Shown here: positions 18,513 to 28,244 of the stretch, one piece after another
Layout: every line of letters begins with the position of its first letter
Numbering within the stretch: position 1 is the first letter of the stretch
Origin: Candidatus Uhrbacteria bacterium
GTDB taxonomy: Bacteria; Patescibacteriota; Patescibacteriia; GWA2-47-26
NCBI GenBank assembly: GCA_016187515.1
Contig: JACPJN010000007.1
Span: 228,778 to 292,777 of the forward strand
Direction of reading: 5' to 3'
Length of the DNA: 64,000 nucleotides
Translations under genes and position numbers: made by a program
The notes under the pieces: model-generated
Databases searched by the model: none
What the model saw: the letters and a program-made list of their open reading frames with translations, nothing else
What the model was told of the DNA's origin: nothing

Positions 18513-19804
18513 AATTTTGAAATTAACCGCGTAAGATCCGCTGCGTAGGCCGGCGCGCCGGTGGCTCCGGGAGAGTTATAATTGAGGATGTGGAGCGAGC
18601 GCGGAGTTTGCGCTTCTACAACTTCCGGCACAAATCTGCCGTTGCGATCGATAAGCGAGGCGCGCACGCCGGCAGTGCCGCGCGCCACACAATCCGCCAC
18701 GCGAAGATCGGGCAAGAATTTCTGCACCCGCGCGACCATTGCGTCCTTTGATAAGGCGCTGCGCCACTCCTTACCGCACAAACGTAAAAATTCCGGATTG
18801 CGGAGTAATCGCAATTTGTTGGCCAGTGGTTTTTCAGTGAGCTTGCCAAGCACATTACCCACTCCGCGATAGGCATACGACCCAAACACCGGCACCGCGG
18901 ACGGACCAATTTCCACGCGCCCGTCCACGCGCACCACATAGTGCGGGTCAAGAAACGGAAAATCTGTGTGCCGTGGCACAGAGTACACATTACGCAATGC
19001 CAATCGTGCGCTCTCTCCTTCCACAATCAAATACTCCCCGCGAAAATTCAGATCCGCAAACTCTCGCGCCACTCCCATCAGGTGGGCGATCTTCAGCGCG
19101 GCTCCTCCGGCGCAATTCACCATATAGTGCGCTCGTAACCCCTCCTCGCCTCCCCTTACCCTAAGGGGAGGAACCTCGGCAAAATTCCCCCTCTTAAGGT
19201 AAGAGGGGGTAGGGGGAGTTATGAGTCGTTGATATAAAATATCCACTCCGTCCTTCTTCTCTACGATCTTTTTCACCTCACACCCAAACAAAAATTTCAC
19301 TCCTCTTTCTTCGGCATCATCCCGCAACGCTCGTGTGAATGCACCAAAATCTACGGCCGTATCTGTTGTGCAAAGTAAAGCACCTGCACACCAAGCGCTG
19401 GGTTCAATCTCGCGCACTTCTTCCGCACTCAAAAGCCGCACCTCGCTATCTCCCATCCCATTTTGAAGAGACCAAGCTTTATACTTCTTCAGCCGCGCGA
19501 GCTGCGCCTCATCAAGCGCCACCTCCAGCGTTCCCACCTCGCGCCAGGGCAAACCCTTGCGCGCCGCATACTCTTTCCAAAACTCGTACGACTCTTGCGC
19601 GCAGCGCGCAAACTTCCCCTTGCTGATCGGATCAAGATAAAACGGGCGGTGAATCACGCCCGTGTTTCTACTGCTGGTATGCCGCGCGACACCCTCTTCT
19701 TTTTCCACGACCACAATTCTCTCGCCTGGAATATGTTTGGACAACTGATAGGCAAGCGCTGTCCCCAAAATCCCCCCGCCAACAATAACAATATCATACT
19801 CCAT
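18509..19804 (-). CDS. FAD-dependent oxidoreductase (L-2-hydroxyglutarate oxidase/GlpA-like) with in-frame GC palindromic element insertion
   Basis: 431 aa. DIVIVGGGILGTALAYQL dinucleotide-binding motif. Inserted peptide TPPTPSYLKRGNFAEVPPLRVRGGEEG corresponds to the element at 19141..19226. Confidence 0.7.
   Translation of the reverse strand: MEYDIVIVGGGILGTALAYQLSKHIPGERIVVVEKEEGVARHTSSRNTGVIHRPFYLDPISKGKFARCAQESYEFWKEYAARKGLPWREVGTLEVALDEAQLARLKKYKAWSLQNGMGDSEVRLLSAEEVREIEPSAWCAGALLCTTDTAVDFGAFTRALRDDAEERGVKFLFGCEVKKIVEKKDGVDILYQRLITPPTPSYLKRGNFAEVPPLRVRGGEEGLRAHYMVNCAGGAALKIAHLMGVAREFADLNFRGEYLIVEGESARLALRNVYSVPRHTDFPFLDPHYVVRVDGRVEIGPSAVPVFGSYAYRGVGNVLGKLTEKPLANKLRLLRNPEFLRLCGKEWRSALSKDAMVARVQKFLPDLRVADCVARGTAGVRASLIDRNGRFVPEVVEAQTPRSLHILNYNSPGATGAPAYAADLTRLISKL
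19141..19226. repeat. family P palindromic element inserted in-frame in FAD oxidoreductase gene
   Basis: CTCCCCTTACCCTAAGGGGAG ... CCCCCTCTTAAGGTAAGAGGGGGTAGGGGGAGTTATGAG. Confidence 0.75.
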
Positions 19805-19823
19805 ATAATCCGTGTTCTATCCG

Positions 19824-20753
19824 TTATCTATCTGTGTCCTTCCGTGTCATGGTCTCATACCATTCCATGGTTCTTTTCAATCCTTCTTCAAACTCCACCT
19901 CCGGTTCCCACCCTAAAAGTTCTTTGGCGCGGGAAATATCCGCCAGAGTGTCATGCGGTTCAACTCTGGGCGGGATGTGCGTAGTTGGCCCGCCAATAAG
20001 TTTCGCCACCTGATTAACGCTGTAATTTACACCGGTCCCGATATTGATTGCCTCTCCGCTGCCTACGCTACTGGAATCCATGGCTAGTAAATTTGCGCGC
20101 ACAACATCGTCAACATGGGTAAAATCCCGCGTCTGGGTGCCATCACTGGTAATCGTCATTTCATAACCTTGCGCTTTTTGATCTAAAAAAATAGGAATCA
20201 CTAGTTTATAGGCGCCTTGAAGTGGCATCCGTGGGCCATAGACATTGAAATAACGCAGTGAAACTGTTTGTAATCCCCAAAAAATCGTGGCGAGTTTCAG
20301 ATATCCTTCTCCCACATATTTTTGCAACGCGTAGGGGCTTTTTGGATTGGGAAGAACATTCTCGGGTGTCGGTAGTATCAAGGTATCGCCATAGATTGAT
20401 GACGAGGAGGAAAACACTATGCGCCGGACCCCGGCGCGGGAAGAGGCCTGAATCACGTTAAGGGTGCCGGTAATATTGGCTTCATTCGATTCGAACGGAT
20501 TGTCAATAGATTCCTGCACGCGCGCGAGCGCTGCCGTATGAAATACTCCATCAATCCCATTAAAGGCCTTGGCCATTTTTTTTAGATCAGTAATACTGGC
20601 CTCAAACAACTCCGCTCCCGCGGGCACATTGCCGGGTTTACCGGTTGAAAAATTATCTAACACTCTGACTTTATCCCCACGCTTCAAAAGCGTCTCTGCG
20701 ATATGCGACCCGATAAACCCCGCACCGCCGGTTACCAAATATTGCTTCGCCAT
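19824..20753 (-). CDS. NAD-dependent epimerase/dehydratase family (UDP-sugar 4-epimerase-like)
   Basis: 309 aa. LVTGGAGFIGSHIAETLL Rossmann motif and YALQKYVGE catalytic Y-x3-K. Confidence 0.8.
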   Translation of the reverse strand: MAKQYLVTGGAGFIGSHIAETLLKRGDKVRVLDNFSTGKPGNVPAGAELFEASITDLKKMAKAFNGIDGVFHTAALARVQESIDNPFESNEANITGTLNVIQASSRAGVRRIVFSSSSSIYGDTLILPTPENVLPNPKSPYALQKYVGEGYLKLATIFWGLQTVSLRYFNVYGPRMPLQGAYKLVIPIFLDQKAQGYEMTITSDGTQTRDFTHVDDVVRANLLAMDSSSVGSGEAINIGTGVNYSVNQVAKLIGGPTTHIPPRVEPHDTLADISRAKELLGWEPEVEFEEGLKRTMEWYETMTRKDTDR

Positions 20754-20892
20754 ATTTGAAAAATTCCAATAAACAAGTTACAGATTACAAACAAATCCAA
20801 AATCCCAATATTCAATGTCCAAACTTGTAATTTGGAGATTGTGATTTCCTTGTAATTTGGTGCTTGGGATTTGGAATTTAAATCTTGCCATT
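20754..20892. repeat. AT-rich intergenic palindromic element, family R subtype 2
   Basis: ACAAACAAATCCAAAATCCCAATATTC...CTTGTAATTTGGAGATTGTGATTTCCTTGTAATTTGGTGCTTGGGATTTGGAATTT. Confidence 0.75.
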
Positions 20893-21849
<957 letters not shown>

Positions 21850-21851
21850 AT

Positions 21852-21940
21852 TGGGTAAATCAGGTGAATCAAGTAAATCATGCAAGTCAAGCTCTTGATT
21901 TACTTATCTCGCTTGCTTTACTTGATTTACTTCAATTAAG
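21852..21940. repeat. AATCAAGTAAAT / ATTTACTTGATT hairpin element, family S
   Basis: GTGAATCAAGTAAATCATGCAAGTCAAGCTCTTGATTTACTTATCTCGCTTGCTTTACTTGATTTACTTC. Creates a spurious N-terminal ORF extension of the kinase gene. Confidence 0.75.
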
Positions 21941-22042
21941 GTCTTCCAACTGAAATATAAGTAAAGCCCAACTCCCGCATCTTTTTAGGATCAAGAGGAT
22001 TGTTGCCGTCCACGACCACGGGATTGCGCATGCGGGCTTTTT

Positions 22043-23428
22043 TTATACCATTAACCTATCTTTCTCAACCAGCAGTACTTTTTCCTCGCGCGCGATTTTT
22101 TTCATATCCGCGGTAAAGCCGCTCTTGCTAAACAAAATATACCGCTCTTCCCTGCCCTCCAATCCCCAATCTACCAGTTGCGCTTTCTTTTTTAGCGACT
22201 CATAAATGTTCGTACCGACCGGCTTCTCTGACCACTTACACTCGCCTAAAAGAATTTGGTTTTCACGCTGATTGATTGCCACCACATCTATTTCTTCATT
22301 TTTATCCCACCATTTTCCAACCCGCTCGAAAGGAAATAACTGATCCTGCCAGGTAGGCGCTAATTCACGGCACACCTCCTCATATGCAATCGCAGTGAGC
22401 ATATTAAATTGCTCGCGGAATTTGCGTAGCACCTCATTATGCCGCCCGATTTCCAAATCGCTTTTATAGGGAAATACGTATTGAAACCAAAACCGGAAAA
22501 AATTATCGCAGAGACGATATAATCCTTTGCGGGATTTTACCGGATTTTTTTCCGTAACGGGTAATTCGCGCTCCACGATTAAAAGCTGGGCAAGCGTATG
22601 GAGATACTTATTGACGAGTGTTCTATCGATGCCGGTTTCATTGACAATTTCTCCGAGTTTGCGCTTGCCGAATGAAATGGCGCGCAGAATGGAAAGGTAA
22701 TTTTTCGGTTCGCGCAACTCTTCCTTGAGTACGAATTCTATTTCATTGTATAAAAATTCCGTTTTCGGTAACACATGCGCAACGAGATTTTCCTCCGCAC
22801 TCAAGAGCCCTTCCATCTGCATCAAGTATGCCGGCATACCGCCCACGACCGCATAGAATTCGAGGAAATCGACAAATGACATCTTGGGGAAAAATTGCCA
22901 ACTCTGAGAAAAGGAAAGGGGTTGCAAAAGCAGCTGCCCGGTCCTGCGCCCAAAAAGCGGCGCTTTCTGAATCAAGGTTTCCGATTCCATCATGGCAATG
23001 CTTGACCCCATCAATATCAACATACTCTGCTGTGCGCGCAAGTATTCATCCCACCCCTTTTGAAATACAGAACTTGCGGCCGAATCAACTTCTGCCAAAT
23101 ACGGAAATTCATCCACCACCAGGATGCAACGCTTCTTGCTGTTTCGTTGCAAGTACCGAAATACCTCCAGCCAATCGCCAAAACCCTGCTTCTCAATGAG
23201 GGGGTCGCCGAATGCCTCCCCTACTAAACGACTCACCTCGCGTAACTGGTCAATCATAGTGCGCTTATCCGCTAAAAAGTATATAGCCGGTTTTCCTTGA
23301 ATGAATTTTTTTACCAGTTCGGTTTTGCCTACACGCCGTTTGCCATACACGATAAAAAGTTCCGGTTTTCCGGACTTCCAGCGTTTTTCCAGATCAGCGA
23401 GTTCATTGGTGCGGTTAATGAAATTCAT
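22043..23428 (-). CDS. AAA+ ATP-binding protein (archaeal-ATPase/DUF234-type)
   Basis: 461 aa. Walker A YGKRRVGKTELV. Architecture typical of the stand-alone ATPase family often called 'ATP-binding protein'. Confidence 0.7.
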   Translation of the reverse strand: MNFINRTNELADLEKRWKSGKPELFIVYGKRRVGKTELVKKFIQGKPAIYFLADKRTMIDQLREVSRLVGEAFGDPLIEKQGFGDWLEVFRYLQRNSKKRCILVVDEFPYLAEVDSAASSVFQKGWDEYLRAQQSMLILMGSSIAMMESETLIQKAPLFGRRTGQLLLQPLSFSQSWQFFPKMSFVDFLEFYAVVGGMPAYLMQMEGLLSAEENLVAHVLPKTEFLYNEIEFVLKEELREPKNYLSILRAISFGKRKLGEIVNETGIDRTLVNKYLHTLAQLLIVERELPVTEKNPVKSRKGLYRLCDNFFRFWFQYVFPYKSDLEIGRHNEVLRKFREQFNMLTAIAYEEVCRELAPTWQDQLFPFERVGKWWDKNEEIDVVAINQRENQILLGECKWSEKPVGTNIYESLKKKAQLVDWGLEGREERYILFSKSGFTADMKKIAREEKVLLVEKDRLMV

Positions 23429-23488
23429 AGTTACCTTTTTACCTAGATAATTGTGCCGGAAAGGCCTTATTTGGCATCATAATTAATA

Positions 23489-23510
23489 GTATACTTGTGA
23501 GTATACTATT
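23489..23510. promoter_or_regulatory. candidate operator: perfect 9-bp dyad TAGTATACT-tgtg-AGTATACTA upstream of the AAA ATPase gene
   Basis: Seen directly at ...aattaaTAGTATACTtgtgAGTATACTAtttgtc..., 60-80 nt upstream of the minus-strand ATG at 23428. Confidence 0.35.
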
Positions 23511-23590
23511 TGTCAATGGGCCCCAAACCGGGGTATTTACAATGAAGAAATCCCTCGCCAGCTTTTTCCTCACATACGCCGCGTCCGCAG

Positions 23591-24979
23591 TCAAGGCCGG
23601 CCGACTGAAATGTATTGAAAACCCAGTAAACGCATCTTTTTTGCGTCAAGGAGATTGCGGCCGTCAAAAATAAACGGCTGGCGCATTTTTGTTTTCATTT
23701 CTGCCCACGGCAGATCGCGAAACTGCGGCCATTCGGTAAGCACAAGCACTGCATCGGCGCCTTCAGTGACTTCTTCGGGTGTTGGACATGTCACAAGCTC
23801 GGTGATCTCATGCCTTGCATTGGATTCTGCCTGATAATCAAATGCTTTTATTATCGCGCCTTCTTTCATGAGCAATCGTGTAATATCCAGAGCGGTTGAT
23901 TCCCGCACATCATCAGTATTATTTTTAAACGCCAGTCCCAGCACGCCAATCGTCTTGCCTTCCAGGGCACCAAGTATATCCCGCACACGGCGCACAAAGC
24001 GATGCCGCTGTTCCTGATTGACTTCGATCACGGCCTTGAGCAATTTAAAATCATAATCATGATTTAATGCGATATTGTGCAACGCCCGGGTATCTTTCGG
24101 AAAACACGATCCTGAATATCCTGTCCCGGCCTTGAGGAAGTGTGGGCCAATGCGGGGATCCATACCCATTCCGCGGGCTACTTCGTCTACATTCGCGCCG
24201 ACTTCGTCGCAGACATTGGCAATCTCATTGATAAAGGAAATTTTCGTGGCCAAAAACGCATTGCTGGCGTATTTAATCATTTCCGCAGTCGCAATATCCG
24301 TGACCACGCGCTCACCCGGCAATCCCTCATGCACTTTCAAAAGCGCGTCGCGCGCGCGATCCGAGTCCACCCCGATCACCACACGATCCGGATTCATGGT
24401 GTCATGCACGGCCGACCCTTCGCGCAAAAACTCCGGACAAGACGCCACGTCAAACTCAACCTGTGAACTGTGAACTGACGTCTGTGAACTAATCAATTTG
24501 CGCACTTTCTCCGCGGTCCCCACCGGAACCGTGCTTTTATCCGCGATAACTTTGTATCCCCCTCCCCTAACCCCTCCCACAAGGGGAGGGGGATTGCCGT
24601 TTACTTCCCCTCCCTCGATGGGAGGGGATTGAGGGGAGGGTGAGGGTCCCCAATTTTCCGCCACCTCACGCGCCGCGGCAAACACCTGGCTTAAATCCGC
24701 TTCGCCAGAAGGCAACGGCGGCGTGCCCACGCACAAGAAAATCACCTCGGCATTGGGCACGGCCTCGGCATACGACGTCGTGGGAATGAGCCGGCCGCTA
24801 ACCACGCCTTCGCGCACAAGTTCGGGCAGTCCGGGCTCATAAAACGGTACTTCTCCGCGACGGAGCTTCTTCACCTTGTCCGCATCTTTGCGCACGGCAT
24901 AAACCGTGTGCCCCAACTTGGCATACACTGCCGCAGAAGTAAGGCCAACGTAGCCCGCGCCGATAATCGCAATGCGCAT
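23591..24979 (-). CDS. ugd: UDP-glucose 6-dehydrogenase with two in-frame repeat insertions
   Basis: 462 aa. MRIAIIGAGYVGLTSAAVYAKLGH N-terminus and catalytic GGSCFPKD-like motif (GYSGSCFPKDTRAL). Inserts GPSPSPQSPPIEGGEVNGNPPPLVGGVRGGGYK (element 24556..24650) and SSQTSVHSSQ (24461..24490). Confidence 0.85.
   Translation of the reverse strand: MRIAIIGAGYVGLTSAAVYAKLGHTVYAVRKDADKVKKLRRGEVPFYEPGLPELVREGVVSGRLIPTTSYAEAVPNAEVIFLCVGTPPLPSGEADLSQVFAAAREVAENWGPSPSPQSPPIEGGEVNGNPPPLVGGVRGGGYKVIADKSTVPVGTAEKVRKLISSQTSVHSSQVEFDVASCPEFLREGSAVHDTMNPDRVVIGVDSDRARDALLKVHEGLPGERVVTDIATAEMIKYASNAFLATKISFINEIANVCDEVGANVDEVARGMGMDPRIGPHFLKAGTGYSGSCFPKDTRALHNIALNHDYDFKLLKAVIEVNQEQRHRFVRRVRDILGALEGKTIGVLGLAFKNNTDDVRESTALDITRLLMKEGAIIKAFDYQAESNARHEITELVTCPTPEEVTEGADAVLVLTEWPQFRDLPWAEMKTKMRQPFIFDGRNLLDAKKMRLLGFQYISVGRP
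24461..24490. repeat. family Q repeat in-frame in ugd
   Basis: CTGTGAACTGTGAACTGACGTCTGTGAACT. Encodes SSQTSVHSSQ. Confidence 0.75.
24556..24650. repeat. family P palindromic element inserted in-frame in ugd
   Basis: CCCCTCCCACAAGGGGAGGGG ... CCCCTCCCTCGATGGGAGGGGATTGAGGGGAGGGTGAGGGTCC. Confidence 0.75.
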
Positions 24980-24980
24980 A

Positions 24981-26660
24981 TTACCTAACCGCGTTACTTT
25001 GCTTACCCTCTTCTCGCATAATGGTTTCTATCTCGTCGTATTCCAGTTCTTCTTTCCGAATTAACTCTTGCGCAAAACGATCCAGTAGTTTCTCCTCTTT
25101 CTTCAGTAACTGCTCCACCGCCTGGAGGCAGTCCTGTAAAATTGCCTCGGTGTCGCGGTTGAGTTTCTCTTTTACCGATTCCGCGACTTTATCCTCGCTG
25201 GACTCACCCCGAAAACGCGCCTGCCCAACCAGCAGCTCATAGTCGCCAATCAGTCCCGACGGCCCCATCCCGTATTTCCAGACCATGTTGTGCGCCTGCG
25301 CCATCGCGTTGCGGAAGTCCTGGGCCACCCCGTCGGAAGTTGATTCAAATTTCAACTTTTCCGCCCCGTAACCCCCCAGCGCGACCTTCACGTTCGCTAA
25401 AATCCGGTCGCGGGAAGAAGTAAAGATTTCTTCGCGCGGCTGATGAAACACCATTCCTAAAGCGTCGCGGCGTGAAATGATCGAGGCCTTAAACACATCA
25501 TCTGTGGGATGCAAAAAGTAAGTCACGATCAAATGCCCGGACTCGTGATAGGCCACGCGCTTTTTCTCATCCGCGGTAAGCCGCCGGTGGTGTTTGAATC
25601 CCAGATCAATTCTCTCCATGGCTTCGGACATATCGCGCATCTCCAGGCGCTCCCGTTTATGCCGCGCGGCAATCAGCGCCGCCTCTTTCACCAGATTTTC
25701 AATATCCGCCGGGGACTTCCAAACCGCGCGCCGCGCTAACTTTCCCACGTCCACACTTTCCTCGTGCGCTACCTTTTTAAGATAATGCGCGAAAAGTTGC
25801 GCCCGATCTTCCAGCGTCGGCAGATCCACGTAAATTTTGCGATCAAACCGGCCCGGACGCAAAAGCGCGGCGTCCAGAGCGGACTCGGAGGCATTGGTGG
25901 CGCCAATTACAATCACATCCGCGCCTTTCTCTTGAATGCCATCCATCTCCACTAGCAGCTGATTGACGGTGTTATTCGCTTCGGTACGCGCGCCAAAGCC
26001 CAGGTCGGTCTTCCGCTCGGTTCCGACCGCGTCAAGCTCATCAATAAAAACAATGCAGGCCCCGTGCATTTGCGAAAGTTGGCGCGCCTGTTTAAACAAT
26101 TTGCGCACCCTGGAAGGCCCCACGCCGACAAAAATCTCCACAAATTCGGAGCCGGAAACCGAAATAAACGGAATGCCGGCCTCGGTCGCGATGGCTTTGG
26201 CCAAGTAGGTTTTTCCGCATCCGGGCGGGCCGGTCAAAAGAATGCCGCGCAAAATTTTACCGCCAATGCGCGCGGTCAGCGTCCTGTCCTTGAGCAATTC
26301 GACAACTTCCCACGCTTCCATCTTGGCCTCTTTCAACCCAATCACCTCCTCCCATTTTACATTTACAAATTCCGCCTTCACTTTGGACTTGCCCCATTTC
26401 ATGAATCCGCCGCCGTGATGCAGCCACCACAGTCCAATGATAAAAGTAGCGGCCGAAAGCGTTGACCACATCGGGACCGTAGAGAGTTGGGCCAGATAGC
26501 CCAGGCGCTGCAGTTCATCCAGTTTGCGGTAAATCACGAGCGGCTGGGCGATCGTCAAAATCCAAAAAATGATCGGCAGTACCGTTACGGCTAGAAATAT
26601 GCCGCCCACATATTTTCCCCAATGAAACCGAAAATGCCATTTTAGTTTGTTCCAGGACAT
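24981..26660 (-). CDS. FtsH-family AAA metalloprotease paralog (divergent N-terminus)
   Basis: 559 aa. Walker A GPPGCGKT, second region of homology, M41 zinc site AYHESGHLIV. N-terminal membrane region unlike canonical FtsH. Confidence 0.75.
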   Translation of the reverse strand: MSWNKLKWHFRFHWGKYVGGIFLAVTVLPIIFWILTIAQPLVIYRKLDELQRLGYLAQLSTVPMWSTLSAATFIIGLWWLHHGGGFMKWGKSKVKAEFVNVKWEEVIGLKEAKMEAWEVVELLKDRTLTARIGGKILRGILLTGPPGCGKTYLAKAIATEAGIPFISVSGSEFVEIFVGVGPSRVRKLFKQARQLSQMHGACIVFIDELDAVGTERKTDLGFGARTEANNTVNQLLVEMDGIQEKGADVIVIGATNASESALDAALLRPGRFDRKIYVDLPTLEDRAQLFAHYLKKVAHEESVDVGKLARRAVWKSPADIENLVKEAALIAARHKRERLEMRDMSEAMERIDLGFKHHRRLTADEKKRVAYHESGHLIVTYFLHPTDDVFKASIISRRDALGMVFHQPREEIFTSSRDRILANVKVALGGYGAEKLKFESTSDGVAQDFRNAMAQAHNMVWKYGMGPSGLIGDYELLVGQARFRGESSEDKVAESVKEKLNRDTEAILQDCLQAVEQLLKKEEKLLDRFAQELIRKEELEYDEIETIMREEGKQSNAVR

Positions 26661-26800
26661 AAGAAAAACAGGGAAAAATTCACCTAATTATCCTAATTGA
26701 CCTAATTATTCTAAACAATACCCAAACCCAAAATCCCAATTTTGGTGATTGGAAATTAGGATTTGTTTAGATCAATTAGAGTAATTAGGGCAATTAGAAA
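26661..26800. repeat. AT-rich intergenic palindromic element, family R subtype 1
   Basis: CACCTAATTATCCTAATTGACCTAATTATTCTAAACAATACCCAAACCCAAAATCCCAATTTTGGTGATTGGAAATTAGGATTTGTTTAGATCAATTAGAGTAATTAGGGCAATTAGAAATT. Abuts the hup stop and the FtsH-paralog start. Confidence 0.8.
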
Positions 26801-27079
26801 TTACGCGCGAAGCGCGTCTTTTAAGGTTTTCCCGGCTTTAAATTTGGGAGTTCTGACCGGGGGGATTTCGATTGGTGCTTTGGTCTGCGGATTAATTCCG
26901 GTTCTGCCCTTTCTCATCTTGGCCAAAAACGCGCCGAATCCGGAGAGCGTAACTTCGCCGCCGCCTTTAATCGTCTCGGTAATCACCCCGGTCATGGTCT
27001 CCAGAATCTCCAAAACCTTGGCTTTGGGCACGTCCGCGACCTTTTGAGAAATTACTTCCGCGAGTTCTACTTTGTTCAT
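26801..27079 (-). CDS. hup: HU family DNA-binding protein
   Basis: 92 aa. MNKVELAEVISQK...GFGAF...RTGINPQT matches the HU/IHF fold signature. Confidence 0.85.
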   Translation of the reverse strand: MNKVELAEVISQKVADVPKAKVLEILETMTGVITETIKGGGEVTLSGFGAFLAKMRKGRTGINPQTKAPIEIPPVRTPKFKAGKTLKDALRA

Positions 27080-27080
27080 A

Positions 27081-27170
27081 TTGGTGAGTTATTTAGTTAT
27101 TGGGTTATTAGTTATTAGTTATTAGTTATTTCTGCGCCAATTTTAATAACTTAATCACTTAATAACTTAA
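27081..27170. repeat. palindromic tandem heptamer element (GTTATTA)n / (AATAACTTAATCACTT)n
   Basis: GTTATTGGGTTATTAGTTATTAGTTATTAGTTATTtctgcgccaattttAATAACTTAATCACTTAATAACTTAATCACT, between ymdB stop and hup start. Confidence 0.8.
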
Positions 27171-28001
27171 TCACTCGATCACGATTTGCTCATCAATTCT
27201 TTTTATCGACTTTGCTAATTTAGTGGTTTCATTAATCTCCACCAGCACCGCGCTGATTTGACACAACCCGGTTTCCACTGGCGTGTGCTTGAATGGCTGT
27301 TGCAGTAGGAATGAGCGGATAATCCCATTTTTTTCTTCACCTAAAATTGAATCCACGGCTTGCACTCCGCCCACTTCGGTTACATACGCGGTGCCGCTGG
27401 GCAAAATGCGGGTGTCCGTCGTGCCCATCGAGGTATGCGTGCCCAGCACGGCGGAAACCCGGCCATCAGCGTAATTGCCCAAAGCATTAGCTTCGGAAGT
27501 GGCTTCACAGTGAAAGTCCACCAGAATGCCATTCAATTCTCCCCCTCTTAGGTTAAGAGGGGGCGGGGGGGAGTTATGATACCTCGCCAAAATCTCATCC
27601 AGCTTCCGAAATGGATCATCATACTGCGACTGAAAAAACACCCGGCCCATTAAGTTTACCACCAGCAGCCGAATTTTTCCATCTTTGCTTTCCACTACCA
27701 TATCGCCGCGTCCCGGCAAACCCGGCGGAAAATTGGCTGGCCGCACCAGCGGTAAATCTCCGCGAGCCATCAGCTTGGCCCCTTCGGCCTTAAACGAATG
27801 GTTGCCGCCCGTTACGCAATCCACTCCGGCATCCAAAAGTTCGCGCACGGTTTTTTCAGTCATGCCTACGCCATGCGCCAGATTTTCTCCATTGCCAATT
27901 ACAAAATCCGGCTTGTATTTCTTGCGCCAGCGCGGCAAGACCTCGGCCACGGCCCGCCGCCCGATTTTTCCGAAGATGTCGCCGATGAATATGATGCGCA
28001 T
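27171..28001 (-). CDS. ymdB: YmdB-family metallophosphoesterase (2',3'-cyclic-nucleotide phosphodiesterase) with in-frame palindromic insert
   Basis: 276 aa. MRIIFIGDIFGKIGRRAV...DFVIGNGENLAHGVG metallophosphatase motifs. Adjacent to rny. Inserted SPPPPLNLRGGE coincides with the element at 27541..27578. Confidence 0.8.
   Translation of the reverse strand: MRIIFIGDIFGKIGRRAVAEVLPRWRKKYKPDFVIGNGENLAHGVGMTEKTVRELLDAGVDCVTGGNHSFKAEGAKLMARGDLPLVRPANFPPGLPGRGDMVVESKDGKIRLLVVNLMGRVFFQSQYDDPFRKLDEILARYHNSPPPPLNLRGGELNGILVDFHCEATSEANALGNYADGRVSAVLGTHTSMGTTDTRILPSGTAYVTEVGGVQAVDSILGEEKNGIIRSFLLQQPFKHTPVETGLCQISAVLVEINETTKLAKSIKRIDEQIVIE
27541..27578. repeat. family P palindromic element (short copy) inserted in-frame in ymdB
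   Basis: CCCCCTCTTAGGTTAAGAGGGGGCGGGGGGGAGTTATGAT. Confidence 0.7.
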
Positions 28002-28244
28002 AAGTAAATAAGTTGTAAGTAGTAAGTAGTAAGTAGTGGTAAGTTACTTTTGAATTTTCTTCCAGCCATTGATTAGTTTAGCAGTTTCTTCTGTAACTTG
28101 GTACACCTCCAATGTCAATTCATGAGCTCTCTGCCATGCAATAATTTCACGAAATGTCTTGACCAATATAACTTACAACTTACTCACTTACTCACTTACT
28201 CACTTACTCACTTACTCACTTACTCACTTACTCACTTACTCACT
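28002..28244. repeat. palindromic tandem octamer element: (GTAAGTAG)n ... (CTTACTCA)x9
   Basis: 28003-28050 GTAAGTAGTAAGTAGTAAGTAGTGGTAAGTTAC and 28161-28244 TAACTTACAACTTACTCA(CTTACTCA)n. The two blocks are reverse complements. Spans the whole rny-ymdB intergenic region and generates spurious ORF 28098..28349. Confidence 0.8.

Noticed and set aside
21990-22042. Hairpin + T-run (CGGGATTGCGCATGCGGGCTTTTTTT) read as a plus-strand terminator
   Set aside because: No plus-strand gene ends upstream of it, and on the minus strand the T-run is on the wrong side of the hairpin. Function unclear, so not annotated.
28161-28244. Possible CRISPR array suggested by regularly spaced direct repeats
   Set aside because: Units are 8 nt with no spacers. 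True CRISPR repeats are 24-48 nt separated by unique spacers. No cas genes are present.
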